Assembly (NCBI GenBank): GCA_048013815.1
Contig: CM106586.1
Span: 7,688,001 to 7,752,000 of the forward strand
Source of the DNA: Setoptus koraiensis
Lineage: Eukaryota > Animalia > Arthropoda
Direction of reading: 5' to 3'
Length of the DNA stretch: 64,000 nucleotides
Part shown: piece by piece, positions 39,301 through 51,965 of the stretch
Layout: every line of letters starts with the position of its first letter
Position numbering within the stretch: the stretch's first letter is position 1
Position numbers and translations under genes: made by a program
The notes under the pieces: generated by a model
What the model saw: the letters and a program-made list of their open reading frames with translations, nothing else
Database searches by the model: none
Told to the model about the DNA's origin: nothing

Positions 39301-39372
39301 TCTTTGTTGTGTACAAAAAAATAACCTTTCAATTGGGTAATGATTAGATCTTTTGAATGGGAACATTGACAC
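21099..39372 (-). CDS. uif: Uninflatable (Uif/SP1070): giant single-pass apical protein with C-type lectin, LDLa, 3 CUB, sushi, EGF, F5/8C, HYR, GCC2/GCC3, LamG-like domains, about 4462 aa
   Basis: complement(join(21099..32814,37492..38101,38310..39372)). Junctions are ATAG|gtcagt..atacag|AT and GAATT|gtaagt..ctacag|G, in frame (13389 nt). Domain order matches uif. The cytoplasmic tail has [36 protein letters not shown] and [24 protein letters not shown]. Confidence 0.93.
34749..34835. repeat. (AAC/GAC)n trinucleotide microsatellite in uif intron 2
   Basis: aacaacaacagcaacaacaacaacaacgacaacgacgacaacaacgac... Similar tracts occur at 2185-2265, 5795-5895 and 6340-6435. Confidence 0.9.
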
Positions 39373-39530
39373 TAATTTTGTGTTAGCTGCCGCTTGTGGC
39401 GCCGCTAACGCTGCTGCTGGTGCTAGTTGTTGTTATGATTGCTTGATTAGTTGTGACTGACTGACCGATTGGCGATTGCAAACCTCCGAGAGGGACCCTG
39501 GGTCATGCCTTCGACGGCGGCGACAATATA

Positions 39531-39603
39531 TATTGAAACACGGCGATATACTAAAACAGGGCGATATACTAAAACACGGCGATATATTAAAACACGACGA
39601 TAT
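39531..39603. repeat. 18-bp tandem repeat x4 just upstream of the uif ATG
   Basis: aaacacggcgatatacta / aaacagggcgatatacta / aaacacggcgatatatta / aaacacgacgatatgtat. Confidence 0.9.
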
Positions 39604-40029
39604 GTATCAATTAGAATATACAATATTTCGAATATTTATGAATATTCGAATGTGTATGCTGGTGAAGTATGCGTGTGTGAGTGGACGAAATAAAATATTA
39701 AATAGGACCGGCTATAAATGCCGACACTGGCCGATTATTGCTGCAAATGACGAACTTTGTTTCTTGTCTGAATGCTGATTAGCTTGCTGATGCTGCTGCT
39801 GCTGATTTAAATGGATTGCGTCACTCATGTTGCGTTATGCTTGCGTCTCGTGTGTGTTGGCATCTTGTATTCATGGCTTCTCTATTATCGGCTATCATTT
39901 AGAATAACAGTTGATCATTCGAATTGATGGTTAATTATTATTTTGTAAAATAATGCAATTCAATTAGATGCAGTGCATGATGCAGCACAACTGTGAAAAT
40001 GGTCGAATTCCATGCGCCGTTGTTCGACT

Positions 40030-40102
40030 CGATGCGATTCGGCAAGATGTGATTCGGCAAGATGTGATTCGGCTAGATGTGATTCGACGCGATGCGACTC
40101 GA
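40030..40102. repeat. 15-bp tandem repeat (gatgtgattcggcaa)
   Basis: gatgcgattcggcaa gatgtgattcggcaa gatgtgattcggcta gatgtgattcgacgc gatgcgactcga. Confidence 0.9.
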
Positions 40103-40569
40103 TTTTGTTCGACCGCTGCGTGTGAGTGTGCGTGTGACTGCTGCTATACACAAACGTATGCAACTATTTTTGTGTGTGTGAGTGTGTGATCGTCGAACTT
40201 TGCAAAACATGCAAACTGATTAATTAATTTAGCTTCATCATCGATTGTGGGTTACAAGGTGAAAATGGATGGGCGCTATCTTTTTCTATATTCATGTGTG
40301 TTTCTATAGAATTTCTTGTTTCTCGTTTCTGGTCGCTCGTCGCCTGTTGCCTGTTGCTTGCTGCTTGTTGCAGCCGCACACTAGTTGTTGCTCCTTGTTG
40401 ATACAACGCCACTGGCTGCATGAGACGAGCCAGTCATCTGTTGTGTGAGTGTGCCCAGAACAAGAAGATGACGAACATGACGCTACATGCGATGCTTCTG
40501 CCGTGCCTGTGTGTCTGCTGCGGCTGTGGCTGCATAATAATAGTGACGGAATGCGAGCAGCATCGTTTA

Positions 40570-40770
40570 GTTCTCTCTCTCTGTGTGTGTGTGTGTGTGT
40601 GTGTGTGTTGCTATCGAACTAAAATGATCGAACTGTGTGAGTGTGTGTGTGTGTGTGTGAGCTGCTCACTTGCCGGGTTTGTCCGTCACTTGTTGCATGT
40701 CTTCGCCATTGGTGCGTGCGTCCATCTGTGTGCATCGCCCATCGGTAAGCGTGTGTGTGTGTGTGTGTGC
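40570..40770. repeat. Cluster of (GT)n/(CT)n dinucleotide microsatellites
   Basis: Three GT tracts at about 40582-40607, 40636-40659 and 40750-40768. Confidence 0.9.
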
Positions 40771-43700
40771 CGGGCTAATGGTTGCCGTCGTGGCCAATGT
40801 TGAGTCGGCTGCGAAGAAACTCGCACACATCGAACTTTTGAGTCGCTGCTGCGTTACCTGCGTGCGTGTGCTCGTCGCTGCACCATATACAGCGAATGCA
40901 GCGATATGCGGTGGCTGTGTGGTGCACAGTTCGCAAGCACACACTGTCTTGAGTCGCCCTCGGCTGCCGATGCCAAGAGATGATGCCGAGCCTCGGCATC
41001 ATCTATTGCTGCAAGAGTCTTGCATCAGTGCGGTGCAGGTTGCGCGCGACTCAAGCGCCGACTCAAATCTTGTTGTTCTTGCGCCACTCGGCACCGCCGT
41101 ACAACAGTACATTTGGTATACATTTGGTGCACTCACAAAAGCAGTGCAACAGCAAACTCAAGTGAACCGAAGCTGAGGCCGTACAATATCCATCTTGTGT
41201 GTGTGTTCTCTTTTCATATTTGACCATCGCACCAGCGGCAACAGCAACAGGCAATATCTGGCGATAACAATATCGAACAACAGCAACAACAACAACAACA
41301 ACAAAGAACATACAGAATGGTCGCTGAGAGCACTAGCGGCACTAGGTGAGAAATACACTTGTTAATCTCACCATCTTGCAGCTAGCCGTTGCTGCACACA
41401 TATGACGCACAACTGCTCACACGCACACTCGCCATCGAACAGTTCGATTTGAACTGACACCGTACATCGGCGACCAACTAGCGCAGCGCCATCTGTCAGT
41501 GGCCCGTTGCTTCGACCAGTGGTCAGCCGCACGCTACTTCGACCAGTGGTCAGCGATAATTGGTGAGTGCGTGATGATCGAAATCAGGCTATCAACAAAC
41601 GGCGTGCACTTGCTCAAATTCACATGTGAATTCCTGCAAAGTTTGCAGTGCAAACGACGATGCGAGCCACGAATCAACCGGATGAATGAAATGGAGAGAT
41701 TGGCCTGAGCCGACTTGCTGTTTCAATGGCGTCATTGTTGTCAATGGCCAACAACAATGACCGCTTATGACAGGCTGATCATCGGGATTAGTCGCTTTGT
41801 TCGGTGGCACTGTTATCGGTCAATTGATTGAAAGTGCTGCGCCCCGCTCCTCCTGTCGAGCCCCAACTGTTGAGGTGATACTCATTTGAGTGACGGGCAC
41901 ATTTCAACGGCAGCGCATTTCTAATCAAGTTTACCGGTGACTCGGAACAACTTTTTGTTCACTACCTGCCCCGATACTTTCGCATTACGCGTACAACATT
42001 GGCGATTGACAAGAATCAATTGTTGCGCTAGTTGGTAGAACTCGCATCCTAGCGAGCTGCCCAAAAGCGAATCGCCCAAACGAGAGCTGCCCAAACGAGA
42101 TGAACTTTTCTCTTTCTGCTCTCTTTCGCGATCTGCATCATGCCATTGATACAAGCGATTGCGCGCCAAATCAATCATAGTCAGTGTCCATTACCTGTGT
42201 GTAGCAATCATAGTCAGTGTTGTCTGAACTAATTAAAATTGGAGCGATATTTAGCGGCCGTTATCTTGGGCAAACATCAGTAGCACCCATTGATGAGTCG
42301 TCCATTGAGAGTAACTATCGAGAGTTGGTTTGGCGGTCTGATTAACTAACCGCCAAACCAAGGAATCATTAGCTAATGGTCTGAGTGGCTGCATTGGCGC
42401 AACTTGTGATCATTCAATATGAACTAATAATTAATAATGTGAACTGCAACTTTTTGAGAGACTTTTTCAGGGCGAGACAGCGCACAACAGCGACTACTTA
42501 AATAGCAAATATAAATATAATTTAGATTAAAATAATCACATTCATTTGGCTTATACCAATGGCTCGTATCAATGAGTCTGGTCATAGTGATACATAAGCC
42601 ATTGGCGCAAACGGACAAACAAACAGAACAGCAGAATGAGTTTGTAGTGGAGCGGCCAATCAGAGCAATAACGGTCTTACCAGTGACTAATTACCGCGGC
42701 CATCACCACGGTATTGGCCACTGGACAGCTTGACCAGCCTCAGTGTGTCTGGTTATTTGAGTGAAATGGAGCCGAATGGAATGATCGACCGGCCAAGACT
42801 CCAACGCCCGGCAGATCTTGTGTTGGGACACCTAAATGGTTGATATTTGATAGATTAGGGTCAGTTTCAGTTAATAGGTTGATAAACTGACTGACTGATA
42901 GGAGGCTTAAAACTGGCGGCCATTCATATTCATTTAGTGTAGAATATTCATTAAAAGAATATCTATACTGAATAAGCATCATGATTAGCGGCATTTAGTG
43001 GGCATAATCATGATATTGTTGTGTATAAATCAATCCGTATGTCAATATGTTTTTGTGTTGTGTCGGACAATATCGCCGGTTCGCCTCGGTTGTTGTTTTG
43101 CTGGGTAGGCTGCTAGCTCACACTCACACAACTACACACGGTGCATATAAGCCGTTATTATTAGCATTATGTGACTGACAACATTTGTGAGTGATGTAAT
43201 GCGTTCGGTTGTGTATTGGCGTGTGTGTGCACCAAGCAGCTTTCAAATGACTTACAACGGTTGTTGTCTAACAACCGTTATTATTTGCTGCTGTCGTGAT
43301 TCGCTGCCAGTTTCAAAACATATTTAGACACCCAGATTGTGGGTACGCAGTTTTGTTGGTGCATGCCAGTACAGAGAGAGCGTACAATGCAGCAAATTGA
43401 AATATCGTGACTGTAACAAATTGAGTGTTAAATTGTTGTTGATGCTCTCAATAGAGAGAAAGTTCAACCAACTGTTGAGACACAACCGACACACAGCTGA
43501 CTGCCGCTTCATGTATAAAGTCAATATGGATTAGCTGTTATGAAATATTATCATTATCGTCAGCTTGACTGGCTTGCCATTATTATTATCACTATTATCT
43601 TTGCAGTAGTTGATGGCATGATTATCCGCCAGATCATATGGTCGTTGTCGTGGTCGTTAGTGTATCGGGATTAGTTTAACAACAATCGAGCGCAAGCAAC

Positions 43701-46700
43701 AGTGCCCTGATATATATATATAATACCTGTGTATGCCAAGACCGTCTTGGCGCGTCTCGCCATATAAATTATATATTTTATATATGTTATATTATATATG
43801 TTAGCTGTGTGGCTGTGGCTCGAGATGTCTTTTGAGCATTGGGCGTTTAACGGCGGCCACGGCGGCGGTTAGCAAACTATTTAAAACACGCCGAGAGACA
43901 GGGGCAGAGAAAGAGTTGTATTTATAAAACAAACTAGCAAATGTTTTATTATAAACAATAGAGCCAAATTGAATGAGGAGCGCCGGCCAGACAGTTATTG
44001 CCAGTTATCGCCAGCGCTGGCCAGTTGTGGCCGGCTAGTGGCCCGGTTGCGCGATCAGTGAGCCAATATATAATATTTTCGAGCGTTTACTTTTAAAAGT
44101 GATAACAATGATCCATCTATTGTGACTTCTTTCATCGTATCTTTTCTCTTTGTGCGTCGTTTTCGCTTCTCTCGGCCGGTCGGCCGGCCGTCCAGTTGTG
44201 GCCAGTCAAGAGCGGCGCTGGCTCTCAATTAAAATTGGTTTAGTTTCTTTCAACAATAAATTGATTAATAAATCAACAGAGTATTGAACTTTGTGCTCGC
44301 TGAGATGCTCAATCTGCATCATCTGCAACCGACTGCAACAATTTCAATTGCGCCGGCCGCATCCACACACTCTGCTCGAAGCTTGCTGTTCGGGCTTTGT
44401 GAATGCAGCCAGCTCGATACAGGCAATTGTGAATTATGGCTCGCTTTCGCTGCAAAGGTCAAACACAATTTTCGAGCTAGGCCAGCCGACTGGCCCAGTT
44501 AGCCGGCCACTCGGTTTACAACTAAATAAAAGATTGAACTTTTGATTTCGCTCGACTTTGCTACCACCTCGCAGCTATCAGTGCCGACAATGCCCAACAA
44601 TGAGTGCCAGTGAGTGCTCTCTGATCGCCGATCGAGCCAGCGACCATCGATCATTTTCGCCGCTTTGTTGCCGCTAATGATAATTGATAGCTCATGGCTA
44701 CGATTCATTGGATATCCATATTTCACGGCTGTGCACGTACAATAACGGGTGAATTATGGGTCTGACCAATTGAACTTGAAAGTCAGCACTGGCCCTCGCT
44801 GTCAGACGGCGAGCTTGTTGGTGTCAACTTGTTGGTCGCACACGTTACGACGCTCGTTTGTGTTTGACTTCGTGCGGGACTTTGTGCCCAATTAGAGCCT
44901 CCCAGTGGGCTCATTAATTTATCAGCCATTGGCCGGCGTCCGTCGAGCTGGATGGCGCAGCAAGCTGGTCGAGTTGGACGGCGGCTCATTGATCAGCGCC
45001 GTTTGGCCAATAATTTACGCACTCATTACATAACTGAGCCAGTGAATTTTACTTTCGGCCCATGCCAAATCTGCCACTAATCGCGATTGCCAATCGCGCC
45101 AACAAAAAACCAAAATCAAATCAAAGTGAGCGCCAGAATAGCAACCGCCCACGCGCCGTTATTACCCGCGCACTCCGTTTCGAGTCGAGACCCGCGACTC
45201 GGGTCGCGACCGCTCTACACGGGAGACTCGGTTGCCAAGACGGGAGACGCCATCGCCGAGACGGGCAAAGGCGTCGTCCGCTGTAGCAATAATAGCAATA
45301 GTGGCAGTAACACAGTGGCAGCAATGGAGCAATGACGGCCAGCAACAGTTTGAGTCGCCGGTTGATTAGTTATTAATCAATTTTCAGTTGACAAATGAGC
45401 CTCCGCAGCAACTTTTCATCTAAAAGTGGCAATTGCGCCGCTCATTAACGCCGCAATTGGTTATTGCCCAAATAATAACTGGAGCAAACAAGAAGCTGCC
45501 TGCGTTGCGGCGCATGCCATTACGGCCGCAATCAATTGCTGCAAACGGATTATAATAAAAACGACGGTCGCGTCAGTCGGGCGCAAGCGTTGGGCGCCCG
45601 CCACACTGACCGACGCCGAGCCGACCGACGGCGCGCTGACCGAGGCCAGCGCCGACCAGTGGGCAGGCCCGCTGCAACATTGCAAAGCGAGATTTGGCTT
45701 TATTTGAGTGGCTCAAGTGATGATGATCATCAATTAAATGCATAATACAATCAATCAAACGCTCGCTCGCTCGCTCTCTGGCCAATATCAGCCAGCCGGC
45801 GTATTACCGTGCCGGCGAGAACGAGCCGGCGAGCGAGAGTTTCGTGGGCCGCTGCTCACTATCAAATTATTATTCTATTCATTTGGCTTCTTTCTTTGGC
45901 TGCGCTTGGCAGCGCGATCATGAGCGATGCCGTTTGTGTGATGTGGTGTGATCGATTATACGAAAAACTCTTACGACCAACAAACTTTGCTTTAAAATCA
46001 AGCTCTCCAAGAGAATCTGCCAACTTACCTGTGCTAATATGTGCGCTAATATGCAACGGTTTGCAGCGGCAGCGACGGCCACTTGACTTGCTGATGATTG
46101 CACAATTTTGCAATATTCGAGCTAGAGCCGCAATTGAATTGATGCATGCTCACAATGAGCATTGAGCCGCTTAAATATGGGTCATCCCAATTCTAATTTG
46201 AGTGCCGGCGATGATGTCTATTTTTGCGTTGGACGACATCAATCATTATTGTTTTTATACGGTAGTGGCAGCATGTTGCACTGGTTGCCGCTGATCAACA
46301 AAGTTCAACAGCGGCTACCAGCTCGCCGAGTCGCTTGCCATGAGTGCGCTGGCAACATAACGTTACATTATGTAATAATATTATAATAATATAAGATTTG
46401 CAACTTCAGCCCTGGTTGCGGCCGCTGCTGCCACCGCCGACCAGTGCAATCAACACTCGCTGGCCGGTTTAATTTTGCAGCAGTCACTTGCAGGTTAGCA
46501 GCCAGTCGCTTCGAGGTTCGCAGCCAGTCGAAGTCGGACTTTCGAAGCCTTCTACCGGCTTCGAAAGTCAGAGCTGGAGACGCGCGCCAGGCGAGAGGCG
46601 TCAACAGTCCGAAAAAAGTAACGCCGCTCTCTACCCGTACCAGCATAACAGCGGCAATATAACGGCGTCAGCTAATACACGGTGCAACGCAAATCGAGTG

Positions 46701-47900
46701 AATTAGCGATTAACAGCCAAATTAACATATTGCTCTGCTCTGATGGAGTGCAACTTGGCCCGCTATTTCGGCCGTGTCACTCGCCCGGTGCCGGCCAGCT
46801 TGCCGGCCGAACTGTCAGTGAAAACAATAACGGACAATAATGTGTATTACTTTTGCTTTTAATTCACCTGTTGTTATTGCCCGTTTGTTAGCCGGACATC
46901 TTCATCACACGCATAATACGCATGCATAACTGTGCGCAATTTGCATATTTTAGACGCGACTGACGCTTGTGAGCCGAGCCGTGTAACACTACCTGTCGGC
47001 GGTGTTAATCTCGGTCTTTGTTAGCCGGCGCGCGACTTTGCCAGACAATTGGCCGCCTTGGTTCGCCGTTTCTGTAGCCGAGTCTACAGTCATTGACATT
47101 CCCTGGCAAGTTGCTCGGCGAATTCCTGGCAAGTTGCTCGACGAATTCCTGGCAAGTTGCTTGGCAAATTGCTTGGCAAATTGCCGGGCGAATGCGCCTC
47201 GTAATCGATTCCTGGAACGACCAACAATTTCAAAACGATCGACGGCGAGCAGCGAGTTGAAATCAATTTCAATGCAACTATCGCACATAATAACAATGCC
47301 TGCCATGCTAGATAGCCACAGGAACGCAACAACGATTCAACTTGAATCATTCAAGTGTTAGCGAGCACAAAACTCACCAAAGCAAATTAATTAATTGATT
47401 GATAGCGAATCGCCCTCTCACAGGCCGTCATTACAGCATAATATGCTGTAATGATGGGCTCCACATTACGGCATATTATGCAAATATGTCATCACAACAT
47501 GCTGTTACATAACAGCTGGCGGCATAACAATCGCTTGCGAGTGAAAATTGTTGTGTCTGACAACAATTCTGTGAGATGCGTGTGTGATAACCGTGAAAGT
47601 TTTCGGTTTGTTAAATCAAGCCTGGCGAGATGCAACTTTCGACACCTAATCAGTGATTAGTAATCACCGGATTGCTGTTGAAGCGCGCTGACATGCAGCG
47701 CCCCTATGAGTTGATTGAGCTGCAAGGTTTCACCCGTAGGGGCGCTCTACTTTGCCATGTCGCGCAACCACATGGCGGGCATGTGGTCATTATATAACCA
47801 TAACAAACCGACAATAAGCAAATAAAAATATATATTTATTATTATTATTGTTTTCGTTATTATTTATATTATTGTTATCACTATTACTGCCACCATCGCT

Positions 47901-48281
47901 ATGACGCAACCGCCAGCACCGGCTACCTCTACTGCAACATTGAAAATCATGCTCTCGGGAAGGAACAAAATCCTGGTGGCATGCGGTGGATGCACGGGAC
48001 ACAGCTCGGCCATCCGCAAAAAAACTACCAGGGGCCCCAGGGCCAATAAGCGCCAGCAACAACAACGACAACAACAGCTACAGCAACGACTGGAACTGCT
48101 GCGACACAAAATGCAACAACTGCAACAACAAATGCAACTGCAACAACTAAAACTGATCTCGCTGACAGTGCAACAGTTGCTACAACGGCTACAACAACAA
48201 CAACACCATTCCTCAATTAGACATTCCGAAGAGATTCTTCGCATGATTGAGGTATTCGCTAGATTGACATCCAACAAATGA
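47901..48281 (+). CDS. Hypothetical 126-aa ORF (CxxC, basic patch, Q/L coiled-coil)
   Basis: TATATAA at about 47790, about 110 nt before the first downstream ATG (47901). Contains CGGC, RKKTTRGPRANKR and a Leu/Gln heptad-like stretch. It is partly CAA microsatellite and has no recognised homolog. Confidence 0.25.
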   Translation: MTQPPAPATSTATLKIMLSGRNKILVACGGCTGHSSAIRKKTTRGPRANKRQQQQRQQQLQQRLELLRHKMQQLQQQMQLQQLKLISLTVQQLLQRLQQQQHHSSIRHSEEILRMIEVFARLTSNK

Positions 48282-49015
48282 GAACAAATGTAGCAATTAT
48301 AACTTTAACTTTATTGTTAGTGGGCTATGTCGGCTATGCAAGCGACAAGCAACAATACATTGGTTTCGTATGCATTGTCGAACAATAAATTACACATATT
48401 ATAACTGGCTCTTCTAATATTAAATATTAAACGATAAATGCGATGAGTGCATCCATCATACGAGATATCACATTGGATCCGGATTTTCATTGTTATTCAC
48501 TGAAGAGGCTTCTTCGCTTTCTCTCTTATTCACTTACAAATGTCCTATGCTATGACGCTGTGTCGTCGGTGCAAAATAACAAGACAAGGCTGGCCTGGTT
48601 GTGAATCGTGTACACCCCGCAATTGTGTTGTGCCAACACCAAAACCAATAACTAATTAGTTAATTTAATATTAATTTATATTAATTTATATGAATTTACT
48701 AAAATTCTCTCTATGAATGGCCGCGTCCTGACACGCAACAGCAATGTTTGAATGGAGATTTTTTCCTGTTTTGATTTGGGGTTGCGCTACAATCATTCAT
48801 TTGTTCATCCGTTGCATTGTTTCAACGTTAGGCATTTCAGGATTTGGTGCTCAACTCACGGGGGCCTCCTTCACATCGATCTCAGCCGACAATTATCAAT
48901 TAATATCAGCCGGTTGGGTGTCAACAGATAATGATGTCATTAACGCTAATGTCGCGCGACATTGGCGTTGCCGGTCACCTCATGAACCGGATATTGTTAG
49001 CTGGATATTATCAAC

Positions 49016-49700
49016 TCAATTGCTGTTGTGCTCCGACGTTATAATTGTGTCAGTGGCTTGCTTTGGCTGGTGCTGATGCTGCTGATATTGTTGTATCAAT
49101 AGCAAATGCTTGATTATACTGTCCAATTTAAGCTGCAATGTCTCCATTTGTTCCTCATGCTGATCGAAGCGCTTATCTAACTCTAACATCTTTCCGTTAG
49201 TTGCATCATTTTGTGTATTTAAATCGGATATAATCTCATAGCATGTATTCAATGTTTTAGCCATATCTGTAACAGTGTTTGCGTTGTCCATTAGTTTTCG
49301 TTGATCCATTTTAACTTTTCTTAAACTGTAAATAGCCAATAGAAAGTTGCGCTGATGCGTTCTCACTTTGCTAGGATTAACTCGCTTAACTAGCTTTGTG
49401 TTCTTATAAATAAGCCAGGTTTCCCTAAGAACGTTAGCGGCTGCATTCTTGAGACGCTTATTTAATTGTGTGTCCATCATAAAATTGTGTACGTGCTTCT
49501 CCGCTCTAGTTAATTCTAATTTTCTTGCAATAACAGCCACAGCCAATGCAGTGCAACCGGCGCCAGTGAGGCCCGACACAACCGCTATGCCCCTGCCGCA
49601 ATAGGTGTTTGGAACAATGTCGCCGTAGCCAACGGATAAAAAAGTGATAGCGGTAAGCCACATGGTGTTGAGCAGGTTTGCGTGCTCGTCGTCGTGGTAC
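49016..49700 (-). CDS. SK: Small-conductance Ca-activated K+ channel (KCNN/SK), terminal coding exon: pore, S6, CaM-binding domain, coiled-coil
   Basis: Acceptor aaatgcAG|G at 49700 at the conserved CER/YHD junction. [20 protein letters not shown] pore, GAGCTAL S6, [38 protein letters not shown] CaMBD. The S1-S5 exons are not in the window. Confidence 0.95.
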
Positions 49701-51138
49701 CTGCATTTTGTAATCGTGGGACCCGGCAACGGGACGAATCGGATAAATGGGGGGCGAGATGTAGAAAGATGGTATAAGATTAGAGTCGGTGTTGGATAGC
49801 GTTGGCTGGTTTGGAGGCCGTGCCAACCTGACGGCGACCCGACGAAACATCGGCGAAATATCGGCGAAATGTCGCGGCTTCGTTAGATTGGCACGGCGAC
49901 GGGCACGGACAGGAGCCGGCCGGCCCACGAGGCCGAAAAATAAGCGCAAAGCAAAAATAATGAATGAATAAATAGTGTCTTCATGTGGCAAACGAATCTG
50001 TGTCGCCGGGTTGCCGGCGAGCGGGGCCGGTGCGGACGCATCGCAAAGCGCAGCGCCTGTGGGTCATCAGTCGGGGGCCCGGTTGCAACTTTTCAACAGC
50101 AGTGACTGTTTAAAAACAGTGACTGTTTTTAAAAGTTTGCCAACCAAAGACAAAGATTGTGTCGACTTGCAACGCGATAGATATTTTGTCGCGCAAACAA
50201 AAAACGAACCGAACGAATAGAGCGGAATGATCGCGCACGACGACATTATTAGTGATTTTTGTTCCGTAACGATGATTCCGAACCGGATATGAGTCAGGCG
50301 AGTGGGGCTGGAAATTGTATTTTGTATGGTGGTCGTTTATGCAATAAAACGGCGACCACGACGACGACGACAAAATGCAACAAAGGCAAAATAAAACAAC
50401 AACAAAAAGTAAAAACAAGCGCTCGCTAGATAACGCAAACCGAAATCACCCTGAGACCGATTGAGAGTTTTGTCATCGCGTCGTGGCCATTGTCGGAATT
50501 GCCACCAATCACGCTGGTGAGCGCCAGCGTCTAGTCTGGTCTGATTGCCTGGCCCCAGTGGCTGCCGCTATCACAGTTGATTGAACATGGGCCCTGGCGG
50601 TGCCATCGAGCCTGGTGGCGCCACTTTACCATTTAAACTGGCGCTTGCAACTGCGGGGCTCGCTCGCTTGGCGGCCTTGATGGGGTCCAAAATAGATTTT
50701 AATTTTACCCGTGCCCGCTCAGCAGCCAGCCCCCAACAGCTCACCGTTGAGCGAGATAAGAAAAAAGAGAGAGAGAGAGAGAGCGAGTAAAAATAATTTC
50801 GGCGTCGCTGCTTTGTCGCTTGGGGCCAAATGGCCAAGCGGCCAAATGGCCAAATAATAGTGCTGCTGCGCCAGTGTAGCGCCAGTGTAGTGCCAGTGTA
50901 GTAAAAAATGTTGGCAAAGTAAAAATAGTAGTGATAGTAAATAGTAAATAGAGGGCCGGAGAGACAGTAAAAAGTGTGAAATGGCGATATACTCTGGTGG
51001 CCATGTCCGACACTCTCGTCCGCACAGCGCCAGTTGCCGTGGTAACTGTCGTGCATTGTTTGCCATGTTGTTGTGGATATTTCGAGTGTTTGCAGTGCTT
51101 GTTTGCGGGCGAGTGCTCCGGCGTGGGGCCCCGCACCA

Positions 51139-51507
51139 GCCAGCGCCCGACAGGAGAGCCGGGCCGCGCCGCGCCGCGCCAGAGACTCAAGCGTCAGACA
51201 GGAGAGCCGGGCCGGGCCGCACCGCGCCAGAGACTCGAGCGCCAGAGCGGCCAAAGAGGCCGCGAATTGAATTGAGTTGAGTCGAAATGGACGCCGCTCT
51301 TATGCAATTTCGCACATGTTGGCGCTCGCCAGACGGATGACACGAACAGAATATGCGCACGGGCCTTTTTTATCTGGCTCTTGCATCTTGGCGCGGCGCG
51401 TCGGCGGGCACGTTTCTCGCTGGCGCGGGACCCGCGGCTCCCAAATTCGCCGGCCACTGGCCGGCTCGAGTCTCTGGCCCGGCCCGGCTCTCCTGTCTGG
51501 CGCTGGC
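51139..51507. repeat. 48-bp tandem pair plus inverted third copy (fold-back element)
   Basis: gacaggagagccgggcc at 51149 and 51197. The reverse complement of 51464-51507 is gccagcgccagacaggagagccgggccgggccagagactcgagc. Confidence 0.9.
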
Positions 51508-51865
51508 CGCACGGGACGCGACATACGAGAGACGCGACGTGCGAGAGACGCGACGTGCGAGAGACGCGATATGCGAGAGATCATCGCGTTTGTGTCTTAT
51601 TTGAACGGCGCATAGTTGCTCGGAGGGGCGCGGCGGCGGCCGGCCGGCCAATGGGGCCAGAATAACAAGATTAATAGAAATTGTCAGTGGGTCTGGGCGT
51701 TGGTGTGCGCGTTTGTGATTTATGACAGCATTATCTAATTATTGGAACAATGAAGCGACGGGCCGGCTAGTTGACATGCCCACTGTGACACGCGCTCGAG
51801 TCGCCGGCTCGTCTTGTCGGCTCGAGATGACACGAGACGACAAGACGGACCGGCCGAGAATTCGC

Positions 51866-51965
51866 CGACGACGACTTGACGACGACAACTTGACGACGAC
51901 AATCTGACGACGACAATCTGACGACGACAATCTGACGACGATAGTCTGACGACGAAAATTTGACA
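51866..51965. repeat. 14-bp tandem repeat (tgacgacgacaatc)
   Basis: ttgacgacgacaac ttgacgacgacaat ctgacgacgacaat x3 ... Confidence 0.9.

Noticed and set aside
42690-42845. 52-codon protein-looking open frame (LDSLTSLSVSGYLSEMEPNG...)
   Set aside because: No suitable start or in-phase splice sites and no recognisable homolog.
50571-51665. Several 100-227-aa ORFs
   Set aside because: They are translations of the 48-bp and 16-bp repeats, with no SK S1-S5 or other similarity.
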